This document shows, piece by piece, positions 38,242 through 50,609 of a DNA stretch of 64,000 nt. Every line of letters starts with the position of its first letter. Position 1 is the stretch's first letter. Source of the stretch: Octopus bimaculoides (lineage: Eukaryota). Location: contig NC_068999.1 of assembly GCF_001194135.2 (NCBI RefSeq), positions 24,803,255-24,867,254 of the forward strand, read 5' to 3'. The notes beneath the pieces are model-generated. The model did not search any database and was not told the origin of the DNA. It saw only the letters and a list, made by a program, of their open reading frames with translations. The position numbers and the translations under genes are program-made.

Positions 38242-38469
38242 TTAACCCTTTAGCATTCAGATTCTTCTATGAAATGTAATACTTATTCATTCACATTGTT
38301 TAAAATTAATCATGCATTATCTTTGAGCTTCGAGTTTTTGATGATGTGATTATTTAATTTTAGAATGACATTGTAGTGTGGTTGTGAGAAGCCAAATCTG
38401 GCTGGTTTGAACAAAAAACAAGAAGAATATTTGAGCCAGATATGGTTAGTTTACATGCTAAAGCATTAA
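38242..38469. mobile_element. piggyBac-type MITE, second copy in opposite orientation
   Basis: TTAA-CCCTTTAGCATTC ... CATGCTAAAGCA-TTAA; interior is the reverse complement of 30534-30761. Confidence 0.85.
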
Positions 38470-38659
38470 AGAAAGTTGAGATGATTTGACATAAAACTAA
38501 TGAGATGGATTAAAACAACTCAAAATACACTTTACAGTAAAACAAAGTATATCATGTTAATATGATGTGTTAATTGAAAGGTTATCTAAAATTCATTAGC
38601 TTATTATAATAATTGTAACTGTTGTTGTTTGGCATGAATGTATGTGCTTATCTTTTACT

Positions 38660-39971
38660 TGTTTCAGTCATTTGACTGTGGCCATGCTGGGGCACCATCT
38701 TGAAGGGCTTTAGTCAAACAAATCGACCCCAGGCCTTTTTTTATTTTTAAAGCTTGGTACTTATTCTATTGTTCTCTTTTGCTGAACTGTTAAGTTACGG
38801 GGATGTAAACACACCAACACCATTGTCAAGTGGTGATGGGGGACAAACACAGATGCAAAGACACACACACACACATATGATGGGCTTCTTTCAGTTTCTG
38901 TCTACCAAATCCACTCACATGACTTTGGTTGGCCCAAGGCTATAGTGGAAGACACTTGCCCAAGGCACCACGCCATGTGGTTGGGAAGCAAGCCTCTTGT
39001 CACAGAGCTGTGCCTGTGCCGTAGGGTCTTACTTGGAAAATAACTTTTCTTCCTGTGATTTATTCGATCAAATAAAAACAAATCCTCTGTTTTTATCTTG
39101 GGACATTAACAAAAACTGCTGGATTGCCTAAGGCCCTACTCCATTTGCCTGGGGTGGGAAAGGTTTGTCTAAATATTGTTTTAACTATATTCATATTTTA
39201 TTTTTTACTTGTATCAGGTTGTGACCATGCTGGGGCACTCCCTTGAAGGATTTGGTTGACAAAAAATCACCTCAGTACTTATTTCACTTTAAGCCTAGTA
39301 CTTATTTTATCAGTCTTTTTTGCTGAACCACTAAGATAATGGGACATAAACAAACCAACACTGGTTGTCAAGCAGTGGAGGGGGACAAACATAGACATAC
39401 ACACACACATCCATCCATCCATCCATACATACACACACACACATACAACAATATATACATACATACATACATACACACATTCACACCTATATGCATATAT
39501 ACATACATACAACAGGTTTCTTTCAGTTTGCTTCTACCAAATCCACTCACAAGGCTTTGACTGGCCCAGCGCTATAATAGAAGATGCTTACCCAAGGTTC
39601 CACACTGTAGGACTGAATCCAGAACCATTTGGTTGGGAAGCAAACCTCTTACCATATAGCTCCTCACTTTCCCATACTCACATAGGTTAGATGGAATTTT
39701 GTTGAGGTACATTTTCTCATGAGTGGTATTCTTTTATTCTTTTACTTGTTTCAGTCACTTGACTGTGACCATGCTGGAGGCCAAATTGACTCAAACAAAT
39801 CGACTCCAGGACTTATTTTTTGTAAGCCTAGTACTTATTCTATTGGTCTCTTTTGCTGAACCACTAAGCTTCAGGGACGAAAACACACCAACATCAGTTG
39901 TCAAGCAATGGCAGGGGGATAAACGCAGACACACACAAACATGAATATATACATATATACATACATACATC

Positions 39972-40003
<32 letters not shown>

Positions 40004-40236
40004 NNNNNNNNNNNNNNNNNNNNNNNNNNNNNNNNNNNNNNNNNNNNNNNNNNNNNNNNNNNNNNNNNNNNNNNNNNNNNNNNNNNNNNNNNNNNNNNNN
40101 NNNNNNNNNNNNNNNNNNNNNNNNNNNNNNNNNNNNNNNNNNNNNNNNNNNNNNNNNNNNNNNNNNNNNNNNNNNNNNNNNNNNNNNNNNNNNNNNNNNN
40201 NNNNNNNNNNNNNNNNNNNNNNNNNNNNNNNNNNNN

Positions 40237-40300
<64 letters not shown>

Positions 40301-40395
40301 GTTGGCCCAAGGCTATAGTAGAAGACACTTGCCCAAGGTGCCATGCAATGGGATTGGAACTGGAACCATGTGGCTGGGGAGCAAGCTTCTTGCCA
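38660..40395 (-). mobile_element. Three tandem SINE family A copies (38660-39010, 39215-39660, 39735-40395)
   Basis: Each is the reverse complement of family A with an internal (CA)n/(TACA)n tract. Confidence 0.85.
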
Positions 40396-40551
40396 TGCCA
40401 GTTCTTATTTAAGATTGTAGGTTGTGATATAAGAGAGGTTTTGCTTGTATTTCTAGCAAGTCAAGTGACCACATAGTATCTTGTAGGTAGCTTTATTAGG
40501 GTTATACTAATTTGCTTATGAATATTTGTGGTTACAATAATAAATACTTAC

Positions 40552-40665
40552 ATTTCCCTGACATGTTACTGGTAATGTCCATGGTTCAATATCTAGCATT
40601 TCCTCTAAATTCACTGGAAAATTTGTGTCATTTTCAGAAAATGGAATTGGTCTCAGTTCTTGAGG
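40552..40665 (-). CDS. ATP1B: Na+/K+-ATPase beta-subunit family exon
   Basis: tttttttccag|CCT...AAT|gtaagt; PQELRPIPFSENDTNFPVNLEEMLDIEPWTLPVTCQGN, containing the conserved CxG; 114 nt, phase 0 to 0, bridging the flanking exons in frame. Confidence 0.85.
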
Positions 40666-40699
40666 CTGGAAAAAAATTCATTACATTAATTACATAACA

Positions 40700-41848
40700 A
40701 ACTTAATTAAAATGGAATGTCAAGTTAAGAAAAACGAGCATTTTCGATACCTTCCTCTTTTTTCCTTTTAAGGCTGCAAAAGCTGCTTGTGACATTTGTG
40801 CTGTGTATGTAGAGGGTGCCATAGCTGAAAGAACCACTCGTGATTGGTATGCCAAGTTCAAAAGTGGAAATTTTGACCTCAAAGAGACACCTTGTTCTGG
40901 CCGTCCAGTTGAATTCGATGAGGTGCTATTAAACCAACTTTTGCATGAAAATTCTCATCAAACGACAAGGGAACTGGCAGAGAAAATGGAATGCTCCCAC
41001 ACTACTATAGAGAAGCATCTTCACTTGATGGGAAAGGTTCAGAAGTATGGAGCATGGGTTCCTCATGCATTAAGTGACAACAAAAATCAACGAGCCACAA
41101 TCTCCGCTGGTTTACTTGCTCGTCACTGCTCAACTCATGGACACAAACAACGATTTCTTTACCGCATCGTTACTGGCGACGAAAAATGGTGCCTGTACAT
41201 CAATATGAAGCAGCGTAAGGAATGGCTTAGCCCCGGTAAACAAACGNNNNNNNNNNNNNNNNNNNNNNNNNNNNNNNNNNNNNNNNNNNNNNNNNNNNNN
41301 NNNNNNNNNNNNNNNNNNNNNNNNNNNNNNNNNNNNNNNNNNNNNNNNNNNNNNNNNNNNNNNNNNNNNNNNNNNNNNNNNNNNNNNNNNNNNNNNNNNN
41401 NNNNNNNNNNNNNNNNNNNNNNNNNNNNNNNNNNNNNNNNNNNNNNNNNNNNNNNNNNNNNNNNNNNNNNNNNNNNNNNNNNNNNCATATCGCCAGTATG
41501 ACCAAGGAAGCCATTCAAACACATGGCTGGGAAGTGCTGCAACACCCGCCGTACTCTCCTGGTTTGGCAAACGGATTTCCACCTCTATCGACCTTTTTCA
41601 AATGCTATGTGTGGAATTTCGTTCAATACTGATGCAGAATTGAGAGCTAGGTTGGATCAATTTTTCGAGTCAAAATCAGGTGATTTCTACCAGCGAGGTA
41701 TTGAAAATCTTGTTGAATGTTGGGAAGAAGTTGTAAACAACAAGGGTGAATACATTATTGATTAATTAGTTGTTATTTTTTATTAAACCTTTTAAAAAAT
41801 TTAAATTAAAAGAAAAAAAACGGCGGGAACTTAATTGCCAACCTAATA
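40700..41848 (+). mobile_element. Mariner transposon (mellifera-like), gap in the middle, left TIR not found
   Basis: MECQVKKNEHFR, WYAKFKSGNFDL, GAWVPHAL, IVTGDEKWCLY, WEEVVNNKGEYIID; right TIR reads TATTAGGTTGGCAATTAAGTTCCCGCCG on minus; subfamily is by resemblance only. Confidence 0.9.
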
Positions 41849-42949
41849 TGTTTACTGAAGGTAGTTTTAAAGTATGATTCAACAAGCATGCTTCCACTTT
41901 AAGAAAATGGAGCAAGTTCAATACCACAAAGCTCTCCAGCAACATCTAGGGTTTGAAATAGAGTGGAAAATTCTGAAAATATGCAAACCTTACATGAATG
42001 GTTGTTGATGATGTGAGCTCTTTAGTGCAAAATAGTGGTTTATCCTGAAATGAGATCATTGGATCCTAACACTTGTCTAACTGTTAAAAGGGAGACATTT
42101 AGGAGCTGTCAACATGCCATCAAGTACATCCTCAGATATTGATCTCCAGCCACACAGACACAAAACCAGCAAGAGATTTTATGAACTTTTAAACTACATG
42201 CTAAATGTATATACACTGTTAAAAGGCACAATGCTGTGGTTTTGTCTGAGAGAAAAATCTCTTCACTGATATGTTAAAAAAATAATGTGTAAAAGAAAAC
42301 TTTCTCTAAAACGAAATTATAGCATCATATCTTTCAACAGTGTATATAAATTTAGTATGATATACAGAAGGCGATTTTAATTTAATGATGTTTCTATTGC
42401 AGTCATGGAGTTACTACAATTTTTATTAATTATTACAAAGTATTACTTTTCATTATTTTAAATAATTTTCTTAATATGCATGTTGATGTATGTATATGTA
42501 TGTATTATACATGCATATATGTATGTATTATACATGCATATATGTATATGCATGTTAGTAATTATGTGTGTACATATAAATCCTTTTTGCATTTTTATAT
42601 TAGATTCATATATTGTTGCATGATTTTATATTAAAAAATGAATTTTATATAAAGTTTATGTTTTTATGTATTATTATTAAAATCTTCTCATCACACTCCC
42701 CATACAGTGTATTACTATATTCTTAGAAGTACCATTGATAGGAAGAATAAAAATATAAAGAGAATATGGAGATATTGATAAGATTTGAAACAATGAGGAC
42801 AAGTAATGAGAATAAAAGTACAGACTAAAGCTATAAGACCGCCATCGGAGTTATGGCCTGATATTAAACTAATTAGGGTTGAAATTAAATAAAATCATTA
42901 AGAAATAAGTTATTGATCATACAAGAAAAATTTAAGCAGAATGCTATTA

Positions 42950-44430
42950 AGATGTAGATAACACTTTTAATACAATCACCTGTTATAAAGCTGGAGAAAC
43001 ACAAAGAATAAGAATGCTATCTCTGACTCTATTAAAATTAAGTATGTTAGTTAAATGGAATTTTCGAATTGTTGGAAACAAGTATAATAATTTGTTAATT
43101 AGAGCTGATCTACATCTGAAAATTTCAAGAGCTTCCATTGAACATAAATTACAACTACCTTCTGTGTATGGGGGTGATGTATGGATATAACTGACCATAA
43201 AATTGAGTAATCAGTATTGCTCTTTTTGAGATCCAAGATAAATTTAGTGTGGAAGATGCTCAGAGCTTTCCTTTTATTATAAAAGGAATGTATATGATTA
43301 TGAAATCTAAATTTGAATTTAGATATCATAGCACTTATGCAATAATGAACTTTATCAGCTGTTTTAACAGAACATTTATGAACTAAATTATTTCTAAGCA
43401 ATTGGTTATTTAAAGGGCATATCTTCTGATTCCCATAGTTACACATACTATTAGGTTTGCTATCTGAAGAGACCCTGGATATTGCATTTGTATTATTGCT
43501 GTTGCTAAGAGAGGGAAATTAAAAGTATGCACCTTATTACTAAACCTATTTAATTTATTATTGTTAACAGTTGCTATCTTACTAGCTAAAGTAAGCATTG
43601 TAGAATACACAAACTTCTTTGTATACTCATTAAAGATTTTACTATGCTTACTAGAGGAGTTCAATGCTTCTCCAAAGCCCTATAGAAAATTGAAGGATAA
43701 TCTGAGACTACATTAATTCCAAAAAAAGGGGGAGGGGCTTAAACCATGTAATATTTTCTATGTAACCTACTTCTACCAGTTTATTGTTTTTAAGAGTGGT
43801 GGGGATAATTCTAGATTCAATCATTCTTGTGCTTTCTTAGAATGTGCAATAAATATCATCAGACTTAAAACTTGTTATATTTAAATTCACTGTTTCTACT
43901 CCTAGTAGGTTGAGGCCTGATTCTTGATGTGTCTAGATTTGGCACAGGCTTCACCATGTGACAAATAATATTCCTACTGATGTGCATGCCTTTTATAGTA
44001 GTTAATGTTTCCAAGATGAGCTGAATACAACCCCCTATCCTGTCATTAGGGCCATGCTTTCTATACCTATATTTGTGGAGAAATGGGTATCATCTAACTT
44101 AAGAAAATTAGATGATAGCATTTACATTAAGAAAAGAAGGGATGTAAACTAGATTAAATTGTAGTGGCATTTATTTTTTTGGAGGGTTTGGTTTGGGGTA
44201 TGAGTGATCTTCTCTTTAAGTTTGCTTGCTACAAGAGCAGTAACATGATAGTGGGGAGTGGACACAAAATCCTTCTACTCATTCCTTTAATTAGTTTCTT
44301 AAATGCCATGGTCGGGCAGCAATAACATTTTGCCTTTTCTGAAAGGCTTTACACAAAGAACTTCTGTAGCAGCTATTGTTTTTTGGCATTGTTCAACTTA
44401 ATATGCCCATCTGATAAATGCATGGCGTTA
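42950..44430 (-). mobile_element. Penelope-like element, degenerate
   Basis: CNYGNQKICPLNNQLLRNNLVHKC...FKFRFHNHIHSF...YSILWSVI and GSCNLCSMEALEI...LINK, a typical PLE GIY-YIG plus C-terminal CxLC pattern. Confidence 0.8.
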
Positions 44431-44479
44431 GTACCTTTACACAAAAAGGTCTAACATAATTTGTTGGTATGATATTCAT

Positions 44480-44481
44480 TA

Positions 44482-44523
<42 letters not shown>

Positions 44524-44642
44524 TTTTTTTAAGAAGAAAAAATTCTACATTGTATTGTCCCCTCTATATTGAGACCTGTGTGTCTAATAAAAGAAATGTA
44601 TGTATGTATGTATGTATGTATGTATGTATGTATGTATGTATG

Positions 44643-44677
<35 letters not shown>

Positions 44678-44740
44678 TTGTCATGTCTATTTATCTATCT
44701 CTTCATAGATATATATGTGTGTGTGTGTGTGTGTGTAATC
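44480..44740. repeat. (TATC)n/(TATG)n/(TG)n microsatellites
   Basis: Direct inspection. Confidence 0.9.
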
Positions 44741-46662
44741 TGTATATCTACTTAACATATTTATAAACTGTTGAATAGCAGTAGAGACCAGTAGTGGCAG
44801 TGGCAGTAGCATTCCTTGATCTGGGCTTCTGGCTTTCTTTTAGCTTCCTCAGTAGTAAATATCCACTGGTACCAAATGCCAAGCAAACATATTTATACAC
44901 GCACACATACACACACAGAGGCACAGACAGACACACACACACACATGCACACAAATATAATGTGTGTATGTATACAGAATAGGTTGCCACTTAATAATTT
45001 CCACCTTCCAAATTTATACACATGGTATTGGTCAACCCAGTGCTGTAGTTGAAGATAACCAAGTTTCTGGGGTGCAGTGAGACTGAACCCTAGGACCATG
45101 TGGCTACAAAGCAAATTTGTCAACCACATATTCATATGAGGAATAAAATAAAATCATTTTCAGTAATAGGGAACCCAATACAAAAATGTAGATACTAATA
45201 GTTATATTAAAAAGTTGGACTGATCATTGATTGTACTGCATATCAGTTTCATCGTCCATCAGTTCATCAGGTAATGACGTAAATTTTTTTTATCCAGTGA
45301 ACGTTGGAATAATAATAAAGAAGAAAGTCAATTTCAAATAATCTTTGAATTATTACTGACGTGTCTATATTTACTTTTCTTTATAAAACTATATTAAAAA
45401 TTTAAACTGCTAAAATAACATTTATGTATATATTTTCTTTTCATTTTTTTCATGTTGCATAATATGCAATATATCTATAGTTTATGAAAGTATTCAAAAG
45501 TAAGACATAAATGATTGTTAAACATTATAAGTTAAACCAAAGTCAGTTATTAATATCTTAAAATACATTTCTATTTTAGATATTTATTTTACTAAAATAC
45601 AGTTATATTTTTGATATTAAGTTTTATGAAGCAAGATGAGCTATAAGACTGCAAATTTCTCACATCATCACCATCTTGTGTGTATGCATATGTATGACTT
45701 TTCTTTGAGTTTAATTTAAGTTCTTCTTGAGAGAGTTCAAGCCCATCGCTAACAAAGTGACAAGACTTTTTGAGTTAAGAGAGTTCCTGGTGTTTGTAGT
45801 TATGTGGTTGAGTTTGTGTGTTGGTTGAACTTTTGATGCATACACCTAAATGTGTGCCTCTGTTCACCTTAGAATCTCAAATGGAGAATTTTTGGAATGT
45901 CTTACAAATCTTAACTGCCATTAATAGATTAGATTTCGAGAATCTGCATCAGTTTCTTTTGCTCTTTTTCTGTGGAACCAAGAATTTCTAGGTTTTTGTG
46001 AAAATATGTTGGTATAATACCTAATGTATGTATGTATTTATGCATGTATGTATGTATTTATGCATGTATGTATGTATGTATGTATGTATGTATGTATGTA
46101 TGTATGTATGTATGTATGTATGTATGTATGTATGCATGCATGCATGCAGGTATCTTTTGTGAGGGTGCATGGCCTAGTGGTTATGAATGTTGCACACATG
46201 ATTGCAAGATCATAGTTTCAATTCTTGGACCAGGTGGTGCATTGTATTCTTGAGCAAAACACTTAATTTCACATGGCTCTGTGATCACTTCGATACCTGA
46301 TGTGTGATATACTGTGCACCTATTCAGGCAATGTAGATTTGACGGAGGGAGTGAGCTAATGTACAACACATACATTTGTAGAAGCGAGTTCATGAACAGC
46401 ACAAACAAATAATTTGTGCAGGTTGTACAGCAAGGAATTGTAGAATCATCATCATCGTCATCATTCTGTATCTTTTATGTCTTACTTATTTCAGTCATTG
46501 GATTGCGACCATGCTGGGGCCTGCCTTGAATCAACCCAATACTTTTCTATTAAAGTATTTTACTTATTCTCTTGAACTTTTCTGCTGAACCACCAAGTTA
46601 CAGGGATGTAGATAAACTAACACCAACAAGTGGTGGCAGAGGACAAACACAAAGACACATGC

Positions 46663-46698
<36 letters not shown>

Positions 46699-47039
46699 AT
46701 TATAATACAAAAAGGTGGGTGAACAGGCTTGAATTCAAATCACTACAATTCATTGTGATTTGGATTAAAAATTCTTCATTCCATCTTGTATTATAATTTC
46801 TTTAGTTTGAATTTTGAGTACACTAATGAATTTCCACATGTATAGCCAGTAAAAGGAGAATTCCTGTTGGATAATAGCATAAGGTAGCTGATAACTATAG
46901 AGGAGCTTTGCAATGCATGAAAACTTACCGGCTGTTGCCATTTTATATTTTTAATTTCACACATGCACATTGTTTGTTTTTGATTTTGTCAACTAAACAG
47001 TATAGTAGGGTCAGCTGGGCACAGTCTGTGAGAAAAACA

Positions 47040-47808
47040 GCACCTTGACACAATTCACTCTGCCAGAAATTTGGAAACAACATGCTGTACTGCTTGGCAT
47101 TCACACTGGAAACTCCAGTACAAACATTTCTGAGTGATTGGATGTCAATCTGAGGACAGTGAAATCTAAGGACATGTACTGAGAGTGATAAAAATCAAAC
47201 ATCCAGTCAACATCATGGTGTTTGGAGTGATCACTAGTGATGGCCACATTATGCTTCCATTCATCTTCTGACATGGCCTCAGGTTCAACATGGAAGCTTA
47301 CATCAAGTGCCTAGAGGAGGTAGTGCTGCCCTGGATCAAGAGGGTAGCTGCTGGAAGACGCTATGTCTGACAACAGGACTCTGCATCATGCCACACAAGC
47401 AGGAGAACCCAGTCATGGCTGTCAGACAATTTCTGCAACCACATCACCCCTTATATCTGGCTACCTAACTCCCTAGACTGCAACTTCCTTGATTATTATG
47501 TGTGAGGTGCAGTTAAGCGAGAGACCAACAAAAATCCTTGTAACACCAAAGATGAACTGAAGGCAAGGATTATAGCAGCATTCACCAACTTAAACAAGGA
47601 GACAGTCTAGAAGAGCTGGAGGAGATTCCGAAGTTGTCTGGAGGCCATGGTTGAGGCCAATGGCAATTTTATTGAATAAATTTACTCTTTAGTATTTCGA
47701 GATATTTTTATGTAATTTTGGTAAATATATCTGTTAAAAAATGAGATGTCAGTGTTATTTTCATTTTAGCATTATTTAGATGACAGTTTATTCACTGCAC
47801 CCTGTATA
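47040..47808 (+). mobile_element. maT/DD37D Tc1-mariner transposon, deleted relic
   Basis: MVFGVITSDG; QQDSASCH...WLPNSLDCNFLDYYV with 37 residues between the last two Asp; terminal CACTGCACCCTG-TA. Confidence 0.85.
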
Positions 47809-48519
47809 TATATTTCGTTTGTATGTCTTCATGAGACCATGGATAGAAGATAAAGACAATGTCAGACTGCTTCTGAGACTCCAGTATTTTATTTGTATTC
47901 GATTAAATCATCCCCAATTATTAAATTATTCTTTCAACCTTCAATAAATATGGATTGTACACAGGTATGAGTTCAAAATTTATGTCTATATTTCCAGGAT
48001 TGAAATTTTTAAAATTTTTAGTGGAGCATAAATCACAAAAATTTTGATTTTATGTATTTCAAAATTTTCTTTTTGATGTAGAAGTAATGTATTTATCTTT
48101 CAAGTACCAAATGTGTTTTGACAAAGTGATAAGTGGGTTTCTAAAAGTGTGTATATGTTGGCTATAAAAACATATTAAATATACTAGATGCTAAACTGAT
48201 ATGGCACCCACATCAGTGGAAAGCCATAAAAGAGAGAGTAAGTCATCCCTTCCATTCATAGGCTTAGATTGCACCTTGGACAAGTGCTAGCAACCCCTTA
48301 GCCTCCTGTGCCAGGTATATGGTGAAGACATCGGCAGCAGAACATTGAATAACTGACTATGCAGAGGAGTTCTAGACCAACAGCTTGAAGGCTATTATGA
48401 CCAAGTCGAGGATCTGTATCATCAAAAAATGGTTAGGCATCAACTAGCAAGTGAGTTGCTACTGCATTCTTGTACACTACTTGGTATTTAGTGTGGAGGA
48501 CAAGAGACAGTTTGGTGAG

Positions 48520-49145
48520 GAATGATGCCAACTACCTTTACTAGGCTCATGTTCATACCATTTACCAGTATGTTCAAATCCTAGTTTTCTATATAGCTCC
48601 CAGTGGATTGCTCTCCCTAGATTGTCATGTCTTTTCGTGTATTCTTTCTGTGCCATCATACTACATTCACTTACTATCCGTATAACACTTTCCTTTTTTG
48701 ATTTGCAGCCCACTGCTACTATTTGCTGCATCTATCTTTGGGAATCTACTATGCAATGCCTTCTCCTGCCAGTCAGATAATTTCTGTTCTATTTTCTGGT
48801 TTTTAACTTCATTTGGGTTTTTAGTTTCCCTATGTCTTGCTGTGGCTCTAGTAGCTTTTAATAAACTTGCTTCACTATTACCCACATAGGAGTCTATATC
48901 TATTCTAGCTAACTCCATGCAGTCTTCTGATATTAACCCTCTTCTGCCTTCCTTTCTAGGTAGGTATAATCTTGCTACTCCTGTCCTTGGGTGGAGTCCT
49001 CCATTTGTATTGAATTCCTCCCTAGTTCTTCTGTCTAGCTTTGCTAATTCAATTTTTGTCCAATCTACAAAAGCTGCCAAGTATCTAAGTAATGATACTG
49101 CCCAAAGTATTTACAGCCTTCACTAGATTTGGACCACTTAGCTTG
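48520..49145 (-). mobile_element. R4/Dong-like non-LTR retrotransposon fragment (copy B)
   Basis: KLDRRTR...LHPRTGVARLYLPRKEGRRGL, WQEKALH, IVSECSMMAQKEYTKRHDNLGRAIHWELY; the 5' end abuts (TAA)n. Confidence 0.8.
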
Positions 49146-49158
49146 TTATTATTATTAT

Positions 49159-50606
49159 GCTCTTCAACTTTTTGTGGAAGGGTCAGGTACCACTGGTCAG
49201 GCGCTCTATCTGCTGTCAACAGCCGCTGAACGGAGGCCTTGGCATGCCGTGGTTGCTGATGCGCAAACATGCGCTCAGGCTACGACATCTCAGGCGCTTC
49301 CTGGACGGTGAACAGGTGTGGTCGCCTTTCGTCAGACGCGATTTTCCGCAGCTCGTTTCTTTAACAGAGCTGCAATCCTGGATCAAACGTAGACCGAGAA
49401 AGGGCGCTTGGCACCTCGAGTGCCGCCAAGCTCTCACCGCCCTCAGTCAGGCGGGCAGTGCGATCGGTAGTAGATCCACTCTAGCTTTCTATAGAGGGTT
49501 ANNNNNNNNNNNNNNNNNNNNNNNNNNNNNNNNNNNNNNNNNNNNNNNNNNNNNNNNNNNNNNNNNNNNNNNNNNNNNNNNNNNNNNNNNNNNNNNNNNN
49601 NNNNNNNNNNNNNNNNNNNNNNNNNNNNNNNNNNNNNNNNNNNNNNNNNNNNNNNNNNNNNNNNNNNNNNNNNNNNNNNNNNNNNNNNNNNNNNNNNNNN
49701 NNNNNNNNNNNNNNNNNNNNNNNNNNNNNNNNNNNNNNNNNNNNNNNNNNNNNNNNNNNNNNNNNNNNNNNNNNNNNNNNNNNNNNNNNNNNNNNNNNNN
49801 NNNNNNNNNNNNNNNNNNNNNNNNNNNNNNNNNNNNNNNNNNNNNNNNNNNNNNNNNNNNNNNNNNNNNNNNNNNNNNNNNNNNNNNNNNNNNNNNNNNN
49901 NNNNNNNNNNNNNNNNNNNNNNNNNNNNNNNNNNNNNNNNNNNNNNNNNNNNNNNNNNNNNNNNNNNNNNNNNNNNNNNNNNNNNNNNNNNNNNNNNNNN
50001 NNNNNNNNNNNNNNNNNNNNNNNNNNNNNNNNNNNNNNNNNNNNNNNNNNNNNNNNNNNNNNNNNNNNNNNNNNNNNNNNNNNNNNNNNNNNNNNNNNNN
50101 NNNNNNNNNNNNNNNNNNNNNNNNNNNNNNNNNNNNNNNNNNNNNNNNNNNNNNNNNNNNNNNNNNNNNNNNNNNNNNNNNNNNNNNNNNNNNNNNNNNN
50201 NNNNNNNNNNNNNNNNNNNNNNNNNNNNNNNNNNNNNNNNNNNNNNNNNNNNNNNNNNNNNNNNNNNNNNNNNNNNNNNNNNNNNNNNNNNNNNNNNNNN
50301 NNNNNNNNNNNNNNNNTATTTTTTCTGACCAGGCTCCCGTGGTTTTATGGGTTTTTCCACGTGTAACCTTTCCTTTTTCGAAGCGCCTCCCCCTTTGGGA
50401 GTTCTACTTATTTATTTACCTATTTATTTATCTATTTATTTATTATATCTTTCTCCGTTTTCTTCCTCTGTTTAGACGAACTTTCCTACCTTTTCGGACA
50501 AAACCTTTTGTAACCTTCGTCCTGTCTTTGTCCTTATATGTCTTTAATTGATATTAGCCCTTGTGGCCAATAAAACGAATTAATTATTATTATTATTATT
50601 ATTATT
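49159..50606 (+). mobile_element. Tx1/L1-like non-LTR retrotransposon, 5'-truncated and young-looking
   Basis: LFNFLWKGQVPLVRRSICCQQPLNGGLGMP (post-RT segment), CpG-rich and stop-free up to the gap; 3' UTR, AATAAA at 50569-50574, (ATT)n tail. Confidence 0.85.
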
Positions 50607-50609
50607 AGT

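Noticed and set aside
42820-42870. Possible hammerhead at the end of the second Penelope-like element (CCGATGG...)
   Set aside because: No GAAAC or stem II partner could be identified.
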